NCBI GenBank assembly: GCA_039586365.1
Contig: JBDHKN010000017.1
Location: 20,735 to 84,734 of the forward strand
Reading direction: 5' to 3'
Source: Gemmatimonadota bacterium
GTDB lineage: Bacteria > Gemmatimonadota > Gemmatimonadetes > Gemmatimonadales > GWC2-71-9
Length of the DNA: 64,000 nucleotides
Position numbers and translations under genes: made by a program. This document shows, piece by piece, positions 58,764 through 64,000 of the stretch (the first letter of the stretch is position 1; every line of letters starts with the position of its first letter). Below the pieces are notes generated by a model. The model was not told where the DNA came from and ran no database searches. It saw nothing but the letters and a program-made list of their open reading frames with translations.

Positions 58764-59414
58764 TCAGGGAGGCGTCCCGGGCCTCCGCGCGGCCGCGGCC
58801 CTCGCCGCCACCGCCGTTCGCTCCCGCTCCACCTTGCGCAGATTCTGCTCCCATTGGTCTGACGAGATCCCGTTGTATGACACAGTGAACGGGTCGGCCA
58901 GCCGGATGCCGCTCTCGTACACGAAGACTGCCGTCGCGGTCTCGCGTTGATTGAGCTGCCGATCGCCGAACGACGGAGAGATCGGGAGGATACCTACCGG
59001 CCGGAATAGGCGATTCTGGCCAGTGATGGTCAGGGCCTCCGGATCGAATCTGGCCCGCGCTTCTCTGCCGTAGAACGACACCAGGAAGGCGACTGCATCC
59101 CGGGACCCGTACTTGGCTCCGGCGGCCACTATCTCTTCCTGTTTGGAATCGAGGAGCCGGTGCATTGACGCATAGGTGTCCGGCGCCAGCAATCTTATGA
59201 TGGATTCGTCCAGTGGTATCACGCCGATAGAGAAACTCTCAGTGCGGAGCGGGATTGAGATGTCATCCTGCCTCAGTGTACCGAAGCCTGTCGGCGGCAG
59301 TTCGTCTCCCCTCAGTCCTACTCCCGTATCCTGAGCGCCGGCGCACCCCACAGCGACGGCTGCTAAAAGCCCAAGGAAACCTGCAGTTACGGCCACGTGC
59401 TTCAAGGACTTCAT
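58764..59414 (-). CDS. Hypothetical lipoprotein
   Basis: MKSLK...AVAVGC lipobox; sits within the clpX-engB gene run. Confidence 0.65.
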   Translation of the reverse strand: MKSLKHVAVTAGFLGLLAAVAVGCAGAQDTGVGLRGDELPPTGFGTLRQDDISIPLRTESFSIGVIPLDESIIRLLAPDTYASMHRLLDSKQEEIVAAGAKYGSRDAVAFLVSFYGREARARFDPEALTITGQNRLFRPVGILPISPSFGDRQLNQRETATAVFVYESGIRLADPFTVSYNGISSDQWEQNLRKVERERTAVAARAAAARRPGTPP

Positions 59415-59421
59415 CGCCGTA

Positions 59422-60024
59422 TCAATCCCCAGCCGGCTCAGCATGCCGATCGTGGAGCAATGTTGCCACAGAATCTCTGAGTTCAACTATGCCTTCTTTG
59501 CTGCGCGCGCTGGTCAGCACGCACTGTTCTGATGGCACGTCGAGCGCGGCGAGGATCGTGTCAGTTCGTTGCCTTCGCTGCCCGCGGCTCATCTTGTCTA
59601 CCTTGGTGATGACCACTAGTGCCGGTACCCCCCGTTGGACTAGCAGACTCTGTAGGTCTAAGTCGTCTCGCGTGGGGTCGCGCCGTATGTCCAGTAACCA
59701 GACGACACCGGCGAGCCTCTCCCTGCGTGAAAGATAGCTCCTGATGAGCTTGGCAAAACCGTGGCGGGCGGTTTTGGCGACCTGCGCGTAGCCGTATCCG
59801 GGGAGATCAACCAAGTAGTACTCACCTGCGACATCGTACACGTTACAGGATCGCGTCTTGCCTGGCGTCTTGCTCGTGTGGGCTAGCGAGCGTCGCCCGA
59901 TCAGGCAGTTCAGAATTGACGATTTCCCGACGTTGGATCTGCCAACGAACGCCACTTCGGGAAGCGAGAACTGGGTCGGGAAATCGGCAGTGGGAAAGCT
60001 GCCGACGAACGTGACGGGTCTCAG
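59422..60024 (-). CDS. engB: Ribosome biogenesis GTPase EngB/YihA
   Basis: [25 protein letters not shown]; probable CTG start at 60024. Confidence 0.92.
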   Translation of the reverse strand: MRPVTFVGSFPTADFPTQFSLPEVAFVGRSNVGKSSILNCLIGRRSLAHTSKTPGKTRSCNVYDVAGEYYLVDLPGYGYAQVAKTARHGFAKLIRSYLSRRERLAGVVWLLDIRRDPTRDDLDLQSLLVQRGVPALVVITKVDKMSRGQRRQRTDTILAALDVPSEQCVLTSARSKEGIVELRDSVATLLHDRHAEPAGD

Positions 60025-61271
60025 GCCTCTTTCTTCGTCCGCGCCCTTGCGGTGACCTGGAGGGGCGGCCGGCCCTCGGTTACGCTTTCCTTGGTGATCA
60101 CGACTTCGCGGACATCTTCGCGGTCCGGCAGCTCGAACATGATATCAGTCATCATCTCCTCGAGGATAGCGCGCAAGCCACGCGCCCCGGTGCCACGCTT
60201 GATGGCCTTGTGGGCAACCGCCTTGAGCGCGTCGGGCTCGAAGGTGAGGCCGACCTCCTCCAACTCGAACAGCTTCTTGTATTGCTTGCTGAGAGCATTC
60301 TTGGGTTCCAGCAGGATCCTCACGAGGTCTGCTTCGTCGAGCGCATCGAGCGAGACCATTACCGGGAGTCGCCCTACTAGTTCTGGGATTAGCCCGTAGC
60401 GGAGCAGATCGTCGGGTTCTACATCGTGATAGGGATTCTCTCTTAGCTGAGCCACCTTGCCGGCTTCCAGCTCCTCTTTACTGAATCCGATCTGCCGGCG
60501 ACCTGTGCGCGCTTCGATGATTCTGTCGAGTCCGTCGAATGCGCCGCCACACACAAACAGGATGTTGCGGGTATCGATCTGGATATACTCCTGCTGCGGA
60601 TGCTTGCGCCCGCCCTGCGGTGGGACCGACGCGACCGTTCCCTCCAAGATCTTCAATAGAGCTTGCTGCACACCCTCGCCGGACACGTCCCGCGTGATGC
60701 TGGGATTCTCGCTCTTGCGCGCGATTTTGTCGAGTTCGTCAATGTATACGATACCGTGCTCACACTCGCTCACATTGAAATCACCGGCTTGCAGCAACCT
60801 CACGAGAATGTTCTCTACGTCCTCTCCCACATAGCCGGCTTCGGTCAGCGTCGTCGCATCGGCGATAGTGAACGGTACGTCAAGGATGCGAGCCAGGGTC
60901 TCCGCGAGCAGGGTCTTGCCCACACCGGTAGGGCCGAGCAGCAGCATGTTGGATTTCTCCAACTCGACCTCGCTACTACGGATTGACTGGGAGTTGATGC
61001 GCTTGTAGTGGGTGTAGACAGCAACGGAGAGTGTCTTCTTGGCCTTCTCCTGCCCAATCACGTACTGGTCGAGGACTTCCTTGATCTCCGTCGGCGTGGG
61101 GACCTGGGTAATCGCCTCCGCGACCTCGCGTTCCTCGTCTTCAGCCAGGATCTCATTACATAGGGCGATGCACTCGTTGCAGATATAGACCGAGGGCCCG
61201 GAAATGAACTTCCTGACGGCATCCTTGGATTTGCCGCAGAAGGAACAGCGTAAGTGCTTGTCTTGAGGCAT
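60021..61271 (-). CDS. clpX: ATP-dependent Clp protease ATP-binding subunit
   Basis: CSFCGK zinc finger, [23 protein letters not shown] loop. Confidence 0.98.
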   Translation of the reverse strand: MPQDKHLRCSFCGKSKDAVRKFISGPSVYICNECIALCNEILAEDEEREVAEAITQVPTPTEIKEVLDQYVIGQEKAKKTLSVAVYTHYKRINSQSIRSSEVELEKSNMLLLGPTGVGKTLLAETLARILDVPFTIADATTLTEAGYVGEDVENILVRLLQAGDFNVSECEHGIVYIDELDKIARKSENPSITRDVSGEGVQQALLKILEGTVASVPPQGGRKHPQQEYIQIDTRNILFVCGGAFDGLDRIIEARTGRRQIGFSKEELEAGKVAQLRENPYHDVEPDDLLRYGLIPELVGRLPVMVSLDALDEADLVRILLEPKNALSKQYKKLFELEEVGLTFEPDALKAVAHKAIKRGTGARGLRAILEEMMTDIMFELPDREDVREVVITKESVTEGRPPLQVTARARTKKEA

Positions 61272-61319
61272 ATTATGCGTTACTGGTCGGGCCTAGTATG
61301 CGTCCGGGCGGCCTCCCCG

Positions 61320-61934
61320 TCAAGCTTCCTTTTTGGCTTCCAGCTCCGACCGATGCTGGATCACCTTGTCAATAATGCCATAATCCCGGGCTTCCTCGGC
61401 CGACATGAACGTGTCCCGGTCCATGTCGCGTTCGATGGTCTCAAGCGTTTGCCCCGTGTGGACCGCGTACAACTCGTTGAGCTTCTGGCGAGCATAGAGA
61501 ATCTCCTTCGCCACAATCGCGATGTCAGCCGCCGTGCCCGAAGCGCCGCCTGACGGCTGATGCATCATGATTCGGGCATTCGGGAGCGCCGCTCGCTTGG
61601 TCTTCTCGCCCGCTGAGAGCAGGAAAGACCCGGCAGACGCGGCCATCCCCATGCAGATCGTGTTCACGGGAGCACGCGTGTGCTGCATTGTGTCGTAGAT
61701 CGCCAAAGCACTCGAGATAACACCGCCCGGAGAGTTGATGTACAAGTAGACGTCGCGTTCCGGGTTGTCTGCTTCCAGGAAGAGCAGCTGCGCGATCACT
61801 ATGTTCGCCACGTCGTCGTCTATAGGCGTTCCCAGAAATACGATCCGGTCCATCAACAGCCGTGAGAAAATATCGTAGCTGCGCTCTCCGCGAGTGGATC
61901 TCTCTATGATGTACGGCGGATAGATTGTTGGCAT
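61320..61934 (-). CDS. clpP: ATP-dependent Clp protease proteolytic subunit
   Basis: [29 protein letters not shown]. Confidence 0.98.
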   Translation of the reverse strand: MPTIYPPYIIERSTRGERSYDIFSRLLMDRIVFLGTPIDDDVANIVIAQLLFLEADNPERDVYLYINSPGGVISSALAIYDTMQHTRAPVNTICMGMAASAGSFLLSAGEKTKRAALPNARIMMHQPSGGASGTAADIAIVAKEILYARQKLNELYAVHTGQTLETIERDMDRDTFMSAEEARDYGIIDKVIQHRSELEAKKEA

Positions 61935-61944
61935 TGTTCCCCTG

Positions 61945-63201
61945 TCATTCCGTTTCTTCGCTGACCGTGGAGTGCTCTATCAAGTAATTGAACACCTTTT
62001 CTTCCGTAATGCTCCGCTCCAACTCGCCCAGCCGGTTGGCCTTCTGCAGCGACGCATACATCTTTGCCGGCTCGGTGTCCCGGCTCTTGGCGATCTCTTC
62101 GATCCGAGCGTCGATGTCCTCCTCGCTAGCTGAGAGGTTCTCCTGCTCGGCGACGTGATCGATGATGAGGTCGCGTTTTACCTGCCGTTCCGCGATCGGC
62201 GCGAACTCAGTGGCGAATTTCTCGAACTGATCGTCCGGTATCTGGTAGGTCTGGGCGAATGCGCTCATGACCCGCTGTACCATCGGTCGCGGGGCCTCCA
62301 CCGAATTGGCCGCTTCTATCTGCTCGATCACTTGGCGTCGGACGTCACCTTCGGCCTCCTTGCGAGCTGCGGCCTCCAGGTCGGCCCGCACGGCAGCGCG
62401 GAGTGCAGCGGCGGACTCGAAGTCACCAACCTCGCGGGCGAAGTCGTCGTTCAGTTCGGGCAACTCCTGACGCTTGATCTCATGGAGCAAAATGCGGACC
62501 GATCGCTGCGCCTGCATGCTCTCGTCGGGGACCTCTGGCAGCTTGACCGTGGCATCCAGCGTCTCACCCGGCAGTAACTCCATCACCCGGTCTTCCACCT
62601 CGGGCAGTGCCTGTCCGTCACCGAGCACTAGCTGGTACTGCTTGCCTTCCTGCGGCTCCCCATCCTCGAGCGGCGTGATGGTCACCGAGACCATCTCACC
62701 ACGCTCCGGCTTTCTATTCTCTACCGGTACCCAGGGAGCGCGTTGCCGTCTGATGTCTTCCAGCTGCATCTCGACCATCGAGTCGGTCACCCGCGGGATC
62801 TTGCGAACCAGCTGGAAGTCTCCCAGCCGATCCAACACTAGTTCCGGCTTGACGGCGACCGTCAGTTCGAAGGTTATCGGGGCTCCGTCCTCGAACTTGA
62901 GGTTGCGCACCTGAGGGTCCGCTATTGGCTGGAGGCCCTCTTGCTCGACCGCGGCCTTCCAGCTCTCCTCCACCAGCTCGCGAATCACGCTGTCACGGAT
63001 GCCGTCGCGGAACTTCTTGCGGACCACGTTGAGCGGCACTTTGCCCTTACGAAAGCCGGGCAGCTTGACCCGCTTGGCGTAGTAGGCCGCGGCCTTCCGC
63101 TCGGCGGTGTCGACTCTCTCGAGCGCTACTTCCACCTGCAGCTGTTTGGCTCCGGGCTCTTCTCTTTGCTTAGTGATTACTATGTCGGTCATCTGATCCA
63201 T
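61945..63201 (-). CDS. tig: Trigger factor
   Basis: PGFRKGKVP signature, FKBP-like middle, ELNDDFA; upstream of clpP-clpX. Confidence 0.95.
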   Translation of the reverse strand: MDQMTDIVITKQREEPGAKQLQVEVALERVDTAERKAAAYYAKRVKLPGFRKGKVPLNVVRKKFRDGIRDSVIRELVEESWKAAVEQEGLQPIADPQVRNLKFEDGAPITFELTVAVKPELVLDRLGDFQLVRKIPRVTDSMVEMQLEDIRRQRAPWVPVENRKPERGEMVSVTITPLEDGEPQEGKQYQLVLGDGQALPEVEDRVMELLPGETLDATVKLPEVPDESMQAQRSVRILLHEIKRQELPELNDDFAREVGDFESAAALRAAVRADLEAAARKEAEGDVRRQVIEQIEAANSVEAPRPMVQRVMSAFAQTYQIPDDQFEKFATEFAPIAERQVKRDLIIDHVAEQENLSASEEDIDARIEEIAKSRDTEPAKMYASLQKANRLGELERSITEEKVFNYLIEHSTVSEETE

Positions 63202-63843
63202 CTAACGTCAGGATTCCCCCGCAACGAGGCCAGTAAATGTAACCCCCCGCGCGGTGTGAGGAGAGCCTGACATTGCAGTCAGTTCCCCGGGCCAGCTTGG
63301 TGCTTCCCGTTGTAAGCCGTCTCCACCTGGAAGGGTGCTGGTCCTGTCCGTTCGGCGCCGCCGGCTGCGGCCTCATCGCGAGAACTGGCGATGCCAAGGC
63401 TGGCTGCGGTGCTGCTGCAACGAGGGCAAGACGCTGGCTTCGGAGCTTCAATGGCTGCCATCGGCTCTTGTCTCGCCAAGGAAATCTCTGGGCGCGGCAT
63501 GCGCAGCAGCGGAACGATCATTGACAGGCGCGCGGCCCACCAGTGGGCGCTCTGCGAATTCCGCAATCGCGGCGGCCTCGGTCGCTCGGCTAGGCAAGGC
63601 AGAGTGCCGGAGTTCTGCCAGCGTGGCAGTGGAGAAGTCCTGTGCAGAATCCACTGAAATCGGACGCATTTGCCGACATTCTGTGGCTCCTCCGGTACGG
63701 CTCGCCCGCCAGCACAGATCCCCGGAGCACGAACCACAGGCAGAGCTGGCCACAGTAGGGGGTCTCAGCAACGATATGGCGGCCTAGGTCGTGGGACGGC
63801 AAGAGTCGCAACCGACTGAAGGACTATCGGTTAGCTGGTATAG

Positions 63844-63925
63844 TGCGACCGGGGGGAGTCGAACCCCCACGAGTTTCCCCACAGGATCCTAAATCCTGCG
63901 CGTCTGCCAATTCCGCCACGGTCGC
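63844..63925 (-). tRNA. tRNA-Leu(TAG)
   Basis: Minus strand GCGACCG acceptor stem, TGGCGGAATTGGCAGACGC D arm, CAGGA-TTTAGGA-TCCTG anticodon arm, long variable arm, GTTCGAC T loop; CCA not encoded. Confidence 0.95.
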
Positions 63926-64000
63926 GCGTGGGTCCAATAATAACCGCTATCCCGTTGCGGTGTAAGCTCTTCCGACCGGGAAGGAAGCTCTGGCGAGGCA

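Noticed and set aside
63965..64000. SRP RNA (CCGGGAAGGAAGC resembles the SRP helix)
   Set aside because: The flanking CAGG and AGCAG symmetry is absent and the sequence is cut by the window end
1..64000. CRISPR arrays, transposases, integrases, prophage or defence genes; numerous antisense shadow ORFs
   Set aside because: No regularly spaced repeats or diagnostic motifs were seen; shadow ORFs are expected in high-GC coding DNA and lack family motifs

Overview
This is a GC-rich bacterial chromosome segment of mostly housekeeping genes. Gemmatimonadota is my tentative lineage, inferred from protein style only. In order it carries: a sugar-dehydrogenase-like beta-propeller, an MFS transporter, two paralogous beta-propeller lipoproteins, ligA-polX, CDGSH-etfBA-ETF:quinone oxidoreductase and an M1 peptidase. 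Next is a Na+-bioenergetic block (SSS symporter, divergent biotin ligase, oadGAB, malic enzyme, Asp/Glu racemase), then queD-mobA-moeA, guaB, a Na+/Ala-Gly symporter, nrnA-mrp, an ECF sigma/anti-sigma operon, ubiE/menG, purD-mutM-Cho-like nuclease and glmM-dtd-maf. The last third holds an FHA-GAF class III cyclase, trpE, a GspE/PilB ATPase-receiver fusion facing a hybrid kinase, tig-clpP-clpX-engB and tRNA-Leu(TAG). I saw no CRISPR array, rRNA, transposase or prophage. The best leads for an undescribed system are: (1) the biotin-ligase homologue with a remodelled biotin-binding loop, lying between an SSS transporter and oadGAB; (2) the orphan secretion ATPase with a phosphorylatable receiver beside a kinase whose own receiver lacks the Asp; (3) an unexplained structured intergenic region at about 38.1-38.6 kb. 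All calls come from reading motifs by eye; no searches were run.
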